Notes: generated by a model not told the origin, from the sequence alone. A DNA stretch of 64,000 nt from an uncultured Nitrososphaerales archaeon (GCA_963706445.1 OY970160.1:512001-576000); one strand, 5' to 3'. Shown: positions 9,282 through 18,752, numbered from the stretch's first letter. A program made the numbers and translations.

Positions 9282-10844
9282 ATGTCCGACAACGCAGCTG
9301 AGGGCAACATGGATGAAGGAGAAACAAGGCATGATGGAAGCGGCTTCGTCGACAGGGTAATGGGGTGGTTCGACTCCAGGCTGGGGCTATCGCACCAGAT
9401 GCTGCGGCCCGCGCCCCAGTACTCCATCAACCCATTCTACTGGCTGGGGGCCCTCGCGACAGTTGCTTTCGTCATCCAGGGAGTCACAGGGGGGATAATG
9501 ATGCTGTACTATGTACCAAACCCGACCCAGGCCTATGCGACCACCCAGTATATCTTCCAAGTCGTGAGCTACGGCACATTCCTCGAAACTATCCACCTCT
9601 ACACTGCCTACGCCATGATTATGCTCGCGTTCATGCACCTGATGCGAGGCTACTTCGTTTCCGTCCACAAGAGGCCCCGGGAGCTGATGTGGGTCACGGG
9701 GATGGTGATGGGTTTCGTCACCCTGGGCTTCGGGTTCACCGGCTACCTCCTCCCATGGACCATCGTGTCGAAGTCTGCGACTGACGTGGGTATAGGAATG
9801 ATGGGCGCACTCCCTCAGCCGTTGGCGAACTGGCTGACCTTCTTGGTTGTGGGGTCGGGGAGCGACGCGGGAGAACTCCTCAGGTTCTACGACCTGCATG
9901 TCGTCGTACTCCCTGCGGTCCTTCTTGTGCTCTTGGTGGTGAAGATGTACATGCTCGAGGCCCATGGTGTCTCAGAACCGACCACGGGGATGGATTCGCT
10001 CCCGCCGAAAAAGAAGAAGCTCATCCCGATCTTCCCCGACGTTTCGTTCTACCTGGTGGAGCTTGCTGCCCTCTTCGGGTCGGCGGTAATCATCGTCTCT
10101 GTGATCTTCCCTCTCTCCCTCCCGCCTGAATATTCGGCATCTTTGGCGGGGCAGTACGTTGCTCAGCCCGACTGGTACTTCCTTTGGGTGTACCAGATCC
10201 TGAAGATTTCAGCGTTCGAAGAAGCGGGACTGGCAGTCGCCCTATCGGTCGTGACTCTCATCTTCATCGTACTGGTGCTCCTGCCATTCATTGACAGGGG
10301 GAAGATCAGGAACATCCGAGAAAGGATGGTGTACATGACCCTCGGCGCGATATTTGTGGCCGAGGTCGCGGTCCTTGCCGTTTGGGGATACCTGACCCCC
10401 GGGCAGGTAATACCTGATGAAACGGCTGTGCTTGTTCTTGGGGGGACCGCGCTCCTTGTCACCCTAGGGTCGGTCGTGGCCTACAAGGCGGTGTTCGGAG
10501 GGCTGAACGTATACTTGAAGGGCCGGGCGAAGAGCACGGCAACTGCCGCGGAGGCGCCGTCCCTGGTGGCGCCAAGAAAAGTATCATCGCGATCAGCGGC
10601 AGTCTGGACCTCAGTGCTCTTCGTCTGCTTCCTGGTTGCTGGTGCCTTCTTTATCGGACTTTCGGTAAACGGAGTGATTGCCCTAAGGCTTGGGGCCACT
10701 GGCGCCATCCAGTCTCTCGCTGTCTCGCTCGCGGGGTTATCGCTCATCGTCGTCGGCACTATGTTCTTTCTCTACAGGCTAGACCTGGGGACTGGCTCAA
10801 TAAAGAGAAGGATACGAGCCTTCGAGCTCGGGTGGCGGGAATGA
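9282..10844 (+). CDS. Cytochrome b of a Rieske/cytochrome b complex (b plus subunit IV fusion with extra C-terminal TMs)
   Basis: IHLYTAYAMIMLAFMHLMRG, FTGYLLPW, RFYDLH, QPDWYF (PEWY equivalent), LPFID. Confidence 0.92.
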   Translation: MSDNAAEGNMDEGETRHDGSGFVDRVMGWFDSRLGLSHQMLRPAPQYSINPFYWLGALATVAFVIQGVTGGIMMLYYVPNPTQAYATTQYIFQVVSYGTFLETIHLYTAYAMIMLAFMHLMRGYFVSVHKRPRELMWVTGMVMGFVTLGFGFTGYLLPWTIVSKSATDVGIGMMGALPQPLANWLTFLVVGSGSDAGELLRFYDLHVVVLPAVLLVLLVVKMYMLEAHGVSEPTTGMDSLPPKKKKLIPIFPDVSFYLVELAALFGSAVIIVSVIFPLSLPPEYSASLAGQYVAQPDWYFLWVYQILKISAFEEAGLAVALSVVTLIFIVLVLLPFIDRGKIRNIRERMVYMTLGAIFVAEVAVLAVWGYLTPGQVIPDETAVLVLGGTALLVTLGSVVAYKAVFGGLNVYLKGRAKSTATAAEAPSLVAPRKVSSRSAAVWTSVLFVCFLVAGAFFIGLSVNGVIALRLGATGAIQSLAVSLAGLSLIVVGTMFFLYRLDLGTGSIKRRIRAFELGWRE

Positions 10845-11152
10845 TCGCCGACCAGTCCGTCTCAGGCGAGAATAACGCAGTTACCGAAGGGATGGGCCTC
10901 AGGATAGCCGCTCTCTTGGTGATTGTCGCTGCCCTTTCTGTTTTCGTACTTTGGTCAGTGAACCCGGTGGGTTCAGGAAGTGAGGCGACCTACGCCCTGT
11001 ATCTGGCTGTGGACCTGGTCGCCGTGGCGATGATCTCCTACGTCCAGAGAGCGATTGCCCGCGGGGGACGAATGGCAAGGGTGCCCCTGGTGGCCGGGTG
11101 CATATTCATTGTCGTCCTCGTGGTCGCCGGTCTTTACCTCCAGAGCGCATAG
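10841..11152 (+). CDS. Small 3-TM membrane protein coupled to cytochrome b gene
   Basis: ATGA overlap with cytochrome b stop; three hydrophobic segments. Confidence 0.65.
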   Translation: MIADQSVSGENNAVTEGMGLRIAALLVIVAALSVFVLWSVNPVGSGSEATYALYLAVDLVAVAMISYVQRAIARGGRMARVPLVAGCIFIVVLVVAGLYLQSA

Positions 11153-11201
11153 CGAAACAAGTAGATTGCTAGCCGCTCGGACTGATTGAAGGAGCTTCTG
11201 A

Positions 11202-11723
11202 TCACTTTTCGGCCGTGTACCCACCTACGGCGCCGAAGATTCCGCCGGCGATTCCCAGGACCGCCGCCCCGAAGGGTCCAAAGAACGCGCCGATGACTAC
11301 GCCCAGGACGGTCCCCACTGCGAACTCTCTCATCTCTCTGCGGGCCCAGTTCTGGACAACGACGACCCCCGTAAGGGCGTAATTCGTCAGATAGAGCCCG
11401 ACGTATGTGGGGGTTATCGCGTTGATCACGATCAGGTCGAGGTACCAAAGATATCCTGTGAAAATGTTCCCTATTGTCAGCAGGATTAGCAGCCACCTCG
11501 GCAGGCCTGTTCTACCCAAATGAGTAATCTTGAGCCCTACGACTAGGATGAGCGGAAACCAAACGATCCCGAAGGCCCAATAGGGGACCCCCATCAGCGC
11601 GGAATAGACGGTGAACTTCACCGCGAACCAGTTTGTGGTGAACGCGTTCTCCTGCCAAGCATGGTAGAAGGCCTCGGCCACGCCGACCACCGAGAGCAGT
11701 ATGAAGGTGAGGGACGCCCTCAT
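11202..11723 (-). CDS. VKOR-like membrane protein lacking cysteines
   Basis: YSALMGVPYWAFG and GNIFTGYLWYLDLIVINAITPTY follow the VKOR pattern; no Cys in 173 aa. Confidence 0.55.
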   Translation of the reverse strand: MRASLTFILLSVVGVAEAFYHAWQENAFTTNWFAVKFTVYSALMGVPYWAFGIVWFPLILVVGLKITHLGRTGLPRWLLILLTIGNIFTGYLWYLDLIVINAITPTYVGLYLTNYALTGVVVVQNWARREMREFAVGTVLGVVIGAFFGPFGAAVLGIAGGIFGAVGGYTAEK

Positions 11724-11984
11724 GGCGCCTTCGAGGCGCCTACGGCTATTAAGGAACCCGGACGTTTGTCAATATTGAGAATCTGACGCCGCGCATTGCC
11801 ACCCGAAAGGAAGCCTTTCGTCCTTATCTGATGTTCTCAGTCTCGGCAAACGTCTTGGTCATTCATGAGACGGACGGTTCCTTGACATTCATCGGAGAGT
11901 GAAAGGACCTAGACAGGTTCCGGAAAGAAAGATTCTACAGCCTTAAATTTAGAGGTTCAAACTGAACCTCTCAGCTACCGCACA

Positions 11985-12425
11985 ATGAAGGTCGAGGCTA
12001 GTTCAACGATCCATCGTCCTGCCAGTGATGTCTGGAACCTGTTGGCAGACACCTCTACATGGCCCAAGTGGGCCCCCGTGTATCTAGAAATACGGCAGAC
12101 CTCCTCAGGGCCCATCGGTGTTGGCGCGACATTCCAATCAAAACACCCGAGCAACAGAATGCTGAACGAAAAGCTCGTAGATTACGACCGCAATCGGAAG
12201 TTCGCCTTCGAATTTACCTCTGGCCCCATTAGGGGTTCGAAGGAAACCTACACCATTGAAGAGACCACCGACGAAGGGAATGCTTCGACTAAACTAAGCC
12301 GAGAGTTCGACCTGAGGTTCGGTGGGATATTCAAATTGCTCGGACCGCTGCTTGTCGCCCCCGGTTTCAGAGAGGAAAAACGGGTCGAAGTTGATAACAT
12401 CAAGCGATTGTTGGAAACGACGTAA
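11985..12425 (+). CDS. SRPBCC/START-fold (polyketide cyclase-like) protein
   Basis: IHRPASDVWNLLAD...WPKW, GPIGVGATF, C-terminal helix NIKRLLE. Confidence 0.8.
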   Translation: MKVEASSTIHRPASDVWNLLADTSTWPKWAPVYLEIRQTSSGPIGVGATFQSKHPSNRMLNEKLVDYDRNRKFAFEFTSGPIRGSKETYTIEETTDEGNASTKLSREFDLRFGGIFKLLGPLLVAPGFREEKRVEVDNIKRLLETT

Positions 12426-12509
12426 TCAAGACCGCGTCATAACTCGCTGACTGCTCTCGAGTTATTTGTTTCGAGCCCGAATGTGGCAACTCCCTCCGAT
12501 TAGTCAATA

Positions 12510-12600
12510 CGGGCCCGGTGGGATTCGAACCCACGGTTTCTGAGCTCTCGCACTTCAGCTTCGGAGGCTGACGCCCTGATCCGTGCTGGGCTACGGGCCC
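12510..12600 (-). tRNA. tRNA-Arg(CCG) with 15-nt intron at position 45/46 (12538-12552)
   Basis: Acceptor GGGCCCG/CGGGCCC, anticodon arm TCAGC-CTCCGAA-GCTGA, T arm GTGGG-TTCGAAT-CCCAC; extra 15 nt forms a bulge-helix-bulge. Confidence 0.9.
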
Positions 12601-12678
12601 GAGCATCCCCAACAGGCCGGGGATAAGAAGCGTTGGCTCTGAGAGCTTTTATCGTGTCTCAGGGAGGACGGCGCACCT

Positions 12679-14574
12679 TTGAAGTTCAGGGAGTTCGAGG
12701 AAGAGGTTGAGGAGATAGTAGCGGAGTCCTGCCGCGCCTCGGGCTTCAAGGACGCCCTGGTCGAAGTCAGCGTCCCTCCAAACGACTCCTACGGTGACCT
12801 TGCAAGCGCGGTCCCGATCAGGCTAGCCCTGCAGTCAGGCAAGAAACCCGGGGACCTTGCAATCTCGCTCGCATCAAAAGCGTTGGAGCTTTCAAAGAAG
12901 TCGAAGTACGTGGGCCCGGTCAGCCCCCATCTTGGCGGGTACCTTAACTTCACGATCAACAGGGCTCGGTTCATCGAGGACAGCGTCAACGGGATAAAGT
13001 CGGGGGACCTCGGGGCAGAGCGCAAGAGGGGTGAGCGGATTGCAATCGAGCACACGAACGTCAACCCCAACAAGGCTCTCCACATCGGGCACGCGCGCAA
13101 CCTAGTCCTGGGGGACTCCCTCGTCCGAGTGATGCGCTACCTCGGGCACGATGTTCAGGCCCTGAACTACATCGACGACTCAGGCGCCCAGGTGGCCGAC
13201 ATCATCGTCGGCTTCAAGTTCCTCGGGTTGCAAGAAGAACCTCCGACTGGGGTGAAGTACGACGTCTACTGCGGGGACAGCGTCTACACGAAGGTCAACA
13301 GAGAATATGCGGCCAACCCCTCGCTTAAGGAGAAGCAGTCGTTCGTCCTGAAGGAAATAGAGAGCGGCTCCGGTGAGATAGCAGAGTACACCCGAAAGAT
13401 TGTCCGAAGGATCCTCGGAGCGCAGCTCTCGACCTGCTGGAGGCTTGGCGCTTCCTATGACCTGCTGAACTGGGAATCCCAGATAGTCCATTCGAAGATG
13501 TGGGAACGTCTCTTCGAGAGTCTCAAGAAGACTGGCTACGTCAAGTACCAGGACCAGGGAGAGAACAAGGGGTGCTGGGTCATCCCCGACCCCGAGACCG
13601 GCGAGGAGAAGGTCGTGGTAAGGTCAGACGGGACGACGGTCTACGTAGCGAAGGACATACCATATGCGGCCTGGAAAATAGGGCTAGTCGACGACCCATT
13701 TGGGTACGAAGTGTTCGCGAAGGACCAGCCCGGGAGGATATTGTACTCGACGAACCTGACAGGGAAGAAATCTGACCTCCGCTTCGGCGCGGCCCAGATG
13801 GCGGTCTCCGTCATAGACACCAGGCAGAGCTACTTACAGCGCATTGTTGCCAAGGTCCTCGACAATCTGCACGACGGATCGTCCAAGCGCTACCTGCACA
13901 GGAGCTACGAGGTAGTGTCTCTTTCCAAGAAGACAGCCTCGTCCATAGGCTTCGAGATAGAAGGGGAGTTCGCGCAGATGTCGGGGAGGAAAGGGCTGTA
14001 CATCAACGTAGACACCATGCTCGGGAAGCTGAAGGAGAAAGCCAAGGTGGAGACGAGGAAGCGGAACCTGTCCGAATCAGACGAATGGGTCGATACAGTC
14101 GCGGAAGCCGTGTCTGTGGCTGCCATGAGATACGAGCTCCTCAAGCAAGACCCGGAGAAGATGATCATCTTCGACATAGAGGAGGCCCTGCAGTTCCAGG
14201 GGGACACGGGGCCGTACCTGCTCTACACCTATGCGAGAGCGAAGCGGATTCTAGACAAGACGGATGGAAAGCCGTCGATAACCCTGGCCAGCGCTGCGAA
14301 GCTGACGACCCGACAAGAGATCCAGCTTGCGAAGAAGATGTCAATGCTTGACATGAGCGCGACCACCGCAGGAGAGTACCTTTCCCCCAAGGAGATAGCC
14401 AGGTTCGCCCACGAGCTGGCGGTCCTATTCAACGACTTCTACGAGAGAGTCCCCGTGAACAAGGAGGGAGACAAGGAGCTCCGGGACGCAAGGCTGGCCC
14501 TCGTCGAGGCAGCGAGCACGGTGCTGGCCGAGTCCATGCGGCTGATGGGAATCCTAGTCAAAGACCGGATTTGA
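12679..14574 (+). CDS. argS: Arginine--tRNA ligase
   Basis: EHTNVNPNKALHIGHARN, RSDGTTVY, MSGRKG, GDTGPYLLYTYAR, DALR-type C-terminus. Confidence 0.95.
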   Translation: MKFREFEEEVEEIVAESCRASGFKDALVEVSVPPNDSYGDLASAVPIRLALQSGKKPGDLAISLASKALELSKKSKYVGPVSPHLGGYLNFTINRARFIEDSVNGIKSGDLGAERKRGERIAIEHTNVNPNKALHIGHARNLVLGDSLVRVMRYLGHDVQALNYIDDSGAQVADIIVGFKFLGLQEEPPTGVKYDVYCGDSVYTKVNREYAANPSLKEKQSFVLKEIESGSGEIAEYTRKIVRRILGAQLSTCWRLGASYDLLNWESQIVHSKMWERLFESLKKTGYVKYQDQGENKGCWVIPDPETGEEKVVVRSDGTTVYVAKDIPYAAWKIGLVDDPFGYEVFAKDQPGRILYSTNLTGKKSDLRFGAAQMAVSVIDTRQSYLQRIVAKVLDNLHDGSSKRYLHRSYEVVSLSKKTASSIGFEIEGEFAQMSGRKGLYINVDTMLGKLKEKAKVETRKRNLSESDEWVDTVAEAVSVAAMRYELLKQDPEKMIIFDIEEALQFQGDTGPYLLYTYARAKRILDKTDGKPSITLASAAKLTTRQEIQLAKKMSMLDMSATTAGEYLSPKEIARFAHELAVLFNDFYERVPVNKEGDKELRDARLALVEAASTVLAESMRLMGILVKDRI

Positions 14575-15203
14575 GCCGCTCCTTCCGACTGGCCTCGTTT
14601 GACATGGATGGGACCGTCCTCGAGCACAACAGCAGCTGGGTTGCAATCCACAAGCACTTCGGGACCGAGCACAAGGGAGCGGCTTCTCTTAGGCTCTACA
14701 CCGAGGGCAAGATAGGCTACAGGGAGTTCATGCGGAGGGATATCTCGTCATGGCCGAAGGGGGTCACGAGAGACGAAATCGTCGAGATCCTGTCGAAGTA
14801 CAAGATAAGGAGCGAAGCGCCGGGAGTCTTTGAAGAGCTCCGGAGGCGGGGGATCAAGACCGCACTTGTTACCTCAGGCATCGATATCCTTGCAAAGGAG
14901 GTGGCCGAGGAGCTTGAAATCGACTACTGTCTGGCAAACGGGCTCAGGTTCGATAGGCGAGGGATCCTACTGCCCGCTGGAATAGGGAGGGTCGACCCGA
15001 CCCGTAAGGACGTCGCCTACAGGAAGCTGCTTTCAGGACTGGGTATCCCTCCAAAGAAGACCCTGGCAGTCGGGGACACCATCTATGACCTGGCCTTCCT
15101 GAAATCGGCAGGGCTCGGTTTCATGCTGGCCCACACGACCAGGGTAGACGACCCCGATATCATACACATCGAACGGCTAACGGATATCTTTGGTCATTTT
15201 TAG
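14571..15203 (+). CDS. HAD-family phosphatase (phosphoserine phosphatase-like)
   Basis: FDMDGT, VTSG, K, AVGDTIYDL motifs. Confidence 0.8.
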   Translation: MSRSFRLASFDMDGTVLEHNSSWVAIHKHFGTEHKGAASLRLYTEGKIGYREFMRRDISSWPKGVTRDEIVEILSKYKIRSEAPGVFEELRRRGIKTALVTSGIDILAKEVAEELEIDYCLANGLRFDRRGILLPAGIGRVDPTRKDVAYRKLLSGLGIPPKKTLAVGDTIYDLAFLKSAGLGFMLAHTTRVDDPDIIHIERLTDIFGHF

Positions 15204-15227
15204 GAGAGAACTTTTTATCCTGATAGG

Positions 15228-16388
15228 GTGAGGTTCGACCAGGTGTCCCAGATGGAGGACAATCTTCTGCTGATCCCGGGACCGACGAACCTCTCGCCTC
15301 GCGTAAGACAGGTCATGGCTGGGCCGCAACTCCCCCACGTCGGTTCGACCTTCTACGCCATGTTCAAGGAAACAGTCTCCCTGGCGAGGTACGTATTCAA
15401 GAACCAGAAGGGGGTCCAGTACGTCTACACAGGTTCTGGAACAATCGGGATGGAGTCCTCGGTGGTGAGCCTCGTTTCCCACGGGGACAGGACGCTGACA
15501 GTCAGCACCGGATACTTCGGCCACAGGATGTTGATGCTCAACCAGGTCCACGGGGCCCAGGCCGACCATCTTGAGATGACCGACGGGAGGGCCTGTGACC
15601 CTGACACTCTGAGGAAGGGGCTGCGGAATGCGAAGTACACAGCCGTCTTCATCACCCACGTCGACACGTCGAGCTCTGTCATCAACCCGGTCGACGAGTT
15701 GGTGGAGGAATGCAACAAGGCAGGCGTCCTATCCGTCGTGGATTCAGTCTGCGCCATCGGCGGGGTCCCGCTCGACTTTGACCGCCTTGGAGCCGACATC
15801 GTGTTTACCGCATCCCAAAAGGCGCTCGCGGGCGCCCCAGGGGCGGTGCTCTTGGCGGTCTCCCAGAGGGCCATCGAGCACATGGAGAAGCGGAAGGCTC
15901 AGATCGAATCGTACTACATGAACCTCCTGAAGTGGAAGCCAATCATGGACGACCCGAGGATGTACCTTGCCACCCCGGCGACTCAAGTCCTCCTCGCTCT
16001 GAGGGAAGCGATGCTCGAGCTCAAGGAAGAAGGGCTGGAGAACAGGTGGGCGCGACACACCAGACTCGGAGAGCTCACGAGGAGCATGGTTGAGAGGTGG
16101 GGCCAGAAGTTCGTGGCCGAGGAGGGGCATCGAGCCAACACAGTCACTTCGTTCTGGGTCGACAAGCAGAACGCGGGTGAAATTCAGGGGACGCTGGAGA
16201 AGGAGCACGGGATAATGATAGCCCGAGGGATCTATGACGACAGGGACAGGATGCTGAGGATCGGCCACTTCGGGATCCTTCCAGTTGACACACTCCACTC
16301 GGCCCTGGAAAAGATGGGCGGAGTCATGAAAGAACTCGGAGCAGTTCCAGGTGACGTGAAAGTGGCTCGACCCGCGAAGAAGAGATAG
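15228..16388 (+). CDS. Class V aminotransferase (serine-pyruvate/alanine-glyoxylate type)
   Basis: LIPGPT, GSGTIGME, VDSVC, ASQKAL, RIGHFG. Confidence 0.88.
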   Translation: MRFDQVSQMEDNLLLIPGPTNLSPRVRQVMAGPQLPHVGSTFYAMFKETVSLARYVFKNQKGVQYVYTGSGTIGMESSVVSLVSHGDRTLTVSTGYFGHRMLMLNQVHGAQADHLEMTDGRACDPDTLRKGLRNAKYTAVFITHVDTSSSVINPVDELVEECNKAGVLSVVDSVCAIGGVPLDFDRLGADIVFTASQKALAGAPGAVLLAVSQRAIEHMEKRKAQIESYYMNLLKWKPIMDDPRMYLATPATQVLLALREAMLELKEEGLENRWARHTRLGELTRSMVERWGQKFVAEEGHRANTVTSFWVDKQNAGEIQGTLEKEHGIMIARGIYDDRDRMLRIGHFGILPVDTLHSALEKMGGVMKELGAVPGDVKVARPAKKR

Positions 16389-16425
16389 AACGCTTTTATC
16401 GGAAGCAAAACGGCAGAAATTTCGC

Positions 16426-16498
16426 AGCCCGGTCGTCTAGTGGTCAAGGATGGGGGCCTCTGGAGCCTTCGACCTAGGTTCGAATCCTAGCCGGGCTA
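16426..16498 (+). tRNA. tRNA-Gln(CTG)
   Basis: AGCCCGG/CCGGGCT acceptor, anticodon loop CTCTGGA, T arm CTAGG-TTCGAAT-CCTAG. Confidence 0.93.
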
Positions 16499-16558
16499 TC
16501 TCTGAATGATTCTCAGGACGGGCTCCGTTGGCCAGAAGAGTCCAACCCAAGCGATGGT

Positions 16559-16984
16559 CTACTTGGCTCGCCCGCTCTTGCTGCTCAGATTTACGGCGAC
16601 AGCTCCGCGGATAAGGCGCTTCAGCGCTGCTTCGTCGATCTTGTCACCTTGATGTATGTCGATGAAGCGCCTCGTGTTGCTATCAAGGCCGCCATTGAAC
16701 AGTCTGGAGGGGTCCTTCAAGGAAGCGCCCTTGAAGAATGTCAACCTCACCGAATTCTTGAGAATGTCGACAACGCAGATGAGTCCGGAGTGGGAGTACA
16801 CGGGCGTCCCCTCGGGTTTTGAAGGCTTTTTCCACTTCAACTCTTCCACGATTTCAGGGTCTGCCAGTCTGATGAGCCCCTGCACTTTCTTGTAGGTGCT
16901 TCCGCGCCAGCCGCCCGTCTCCTTGATCATATCGGCGATCAACTTAGAAACGGGTTGCTCGGGTTCTGAGCCTGGGCTGGTCAT
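16559..16984 (-). CDS. DUF1801 (YdhG-like) domain protein
   Basis: GGWRG...ADPEIVEELKW..GTPVY...LTFFKGASLKDP.RLFN. Confidence 0.8.
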   Translation of the reverse strand: MTSPGSEPEQPVSKLIADMIKETGGWRGSTYKKVQGLIRLADPEIVEELKWKKPSKPEGTPVYSHSGLICVVDILKNSVRLTFFKGASLKDPSRLFNGGLDSNTRRFIDIHQGDKIDEAALKRLIRGAVAVNLSSKSGRAK

Positions 16985-17074
16985 TGACTTGAAGCAGGAC
17001 TCTTCCGTATTTATCTCGTTCTTGATTGAGAGGTCACAACCCGGCCCAGATTCTAACAAGGAGGTAGGCTAGGC

Positions 17075-18259
17075 TTGAATCGGAAGGGGGTCTGCTACGA
17101 TGTTGGACGGGTATTGAACGGAGGCAACTGGCGCCCCAAGTTCGACCCGAAGCAAGTCCAACGTGAACTGGGAATCATAAAGGACGACTTGCACTGCAAC
17201 GCTGTAAGGATTCAGGGGCTGGACATAGACCGTCTCGTGACCGCGAGCGAGGCAGCCCTGTCGAAGGGGCTGGAGGTCTGGCTCTCCCCAGAGATGTGGG
17301 ACAGGAGCCAGGAAGAGACCCTCGATTACATTGAGAAGGTGGCCGAGAGAGCCGAGGACCTGCGTCAAAGATGGCCGGGGAAGCTGGTCTTTTCCGTCGG
17401 GTCAGAGCTTACGCTATTCTCTCAGGGGATGGTCGAGGGCGACAGCGTCTTCGACAGGATGGGCCGGCCCTCCTTCTGGGGCGACATCAAGGCAGGAAAG
17501 CAGAACGGCCCACTCAATGCCTTCCTTGCACGACTGAATGAAGTTACGAGGAAAGCATTCCGTGGACCCCTCACCTATTTCTCCCTCCCAATCGAAACAG
17601 TTGATTGGAAACCATTCGATTTCTTCGGAGTCGATCAATACAGGGACGCACGGATCAAAGATGCCTATTACCAGATGTTGGCCAAGTACAGCTCCTACGG
17701 CAAGCCTGTTGTCATAGGAGAATTCGGGTGCTGCACGTTCAAGGGTGCCGATCTTCTTGGCGGGAACGGCTTCATGGTTGCCTTCGGGATGATGGAAGGA
17801 TTACTCGGGCCTAACCCGAAGATCCCCAAGATGTTCATGGACATGGCGCGGGTCCCGCCTCGGAGCGACGGGCACTACATCAGGGACGAAGGGCTCCAAG
17901 CGCGAGAACTCGTAGACCAACTGGGAGTCCTCGACAAAGCTGGTGTTGAGGGCGCCTTCGTGTTCAACTTCATCACTCCCAACTCCCCGCACCGCGCAGA
18001 CCCCATGTTCGACTCGGACATGGCTAGCTTCAGCGTGGTGAAGAGCTATGCCGAGACAGATACGGCCAGCGAGTTCATGCGACAGATGGTCCTCCAGGCG
18101 AAGGAGATGCTGGGGGTCGACCTTGATCCCAACGTCGTGAGCCGCTTTTCGGGCCCGTTAGATGAGCATGGGACGACATATCCCGATATGCCTTGGGAGC
18201 CGAAGGAGTCGTTCAAGGCAGTCGCGGAATACTACGCCAGAGGAGATTCAACGACTTAG
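17075..18259 (+). CDS. TIM-barrel glycoside-hydrolase-like protein
   Basis: KGVCYDVG, DLHCNAVRI, VGSEL (acid/base-like) and PVVIGEFG (nucleophile-like) motifs of clan GH-A. Confidence 0.6.
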   Translation: MNRKGVCYDVGRVLNGGNWRPKFDPKQVQRELGIIKDDLHCNAVRIQGLDIDRLVTASEAALSKGLEVWLSPEMWDRSQEETLDYIEKVAERAEDLRQRWPGKLVFSVGSELTLFSQGMVEGDSVFDRMGRPSFWGDIKAGKQNGPLNAFLARLNEVTRKAFRGPLTYFSLPIETVDWKPFDFFGVDQYRDARIKDAYYQMLAKYSSYGKPVVIGEFGCCTFKGADLLGGNGFMVAFGMMEGLLGPNPKIPKMFMDMARVPPRSDGHYIRDEGLQARELVDQLGVLDKAGVEGAFVFNFITPNSPHRADPMFDSDMASFSVVKSYAETDTASEFMRQMVLQAKEMLGVDLDPNVVSRFSGPLDEHGTTYPDMPWEPKESFKAVAEYYARGDSTT

Positions 18260-18282
18260 GGGAAGGGTTCAAATAGTTCCGT

Positions 18283-18298
18283 TATCGGTATTCCGATA
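18283..18298. promoter_or_regulatory. Palindromic operator TATCGG-N4-CCGATA upstream of PadR gene
   Basis: Perfect 6-bp inverted repeat between a TATA-like TTCAAATA (18268) and the PadR coding region. Confidence 0.45.
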
Positions 18299-18299
18299 T

Positions 18300-18752
18300 C
18301 TGGTCAGTGAGAGGAAAACGTTCAACTTCGATTGGGCAAAGAAGACTCACAAGGGATTGAGGCGTTGGGTCATGTACATCGTCCGGGACTCTCCGAAAAC
18401 TGGTGCCGAAATAATGAGCGTGATGGAGGCAAACGTCCAAGGGTGGTGGAGGCCCTCTCCTGGGTCGATCTACCCTATGCTGCAGAAGATGAAGGACGAA
18501 GGCGTGCTTTCGGAAACAAACAAGAAGTACAGACTTACCGAGAAAGGGAGGGAGGAGGTCGACCATCCGTTTCCTTGGCTTGGTGGGGGCCCGCAAGCCC
18601 CGCGGTCCGTGGAAGGGGTCCTACAGGAGCTGTCGAGTTACGTATCCTACTTAGAGGACATTGCTGAATCGGATCAGAGTAAGTTAGACGACAGCGTCGG
18701 ACAAATAAAGGAGCTTGGAAATAGGCTGGCCAAGCTGGGTGGATCAACTTGA
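18300..18752 (+). CDS. PadR-family transcriptional regulator
   Basis: PKTGAEIM...WRPSPGSIYPML...YRLTEKG; start uncertain (CTG 18300, TTG 18357 or ATG 18372). Confidence 0.85.
   Translation: MVSERKTFNFDWAKKTHKGLRRWVMYIVRDSPKTGAEIMSVMEANVQGWWRPSPGSIYPMLQKMKDEGVLSETNKKYRLTEKGREEVDHPFPWLGGGPQAPRSVEGVLQELSSYVSYLEDIAESDQSKLDDSVGQIKELGNRLAKLGGST

Noticed and set aside
11760-11940. Possible small RNA (hairpin CGAAAGG-AAG-CCTTTCG, partial C/D-like boxes)
   Set aside because: No complete C and D box pair at suitable spacing; a 7-bp stem alone is insufficient
12400-12612. 70-aa ORF on the minus strand
   Set aside because: Coincides with the tRNA-Arg gene
17075-18259. Anti-phage abortive-infection role
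   Set aside because: The sequence only supports a glycoside-hydrolase-like barrel; no defence context nearby
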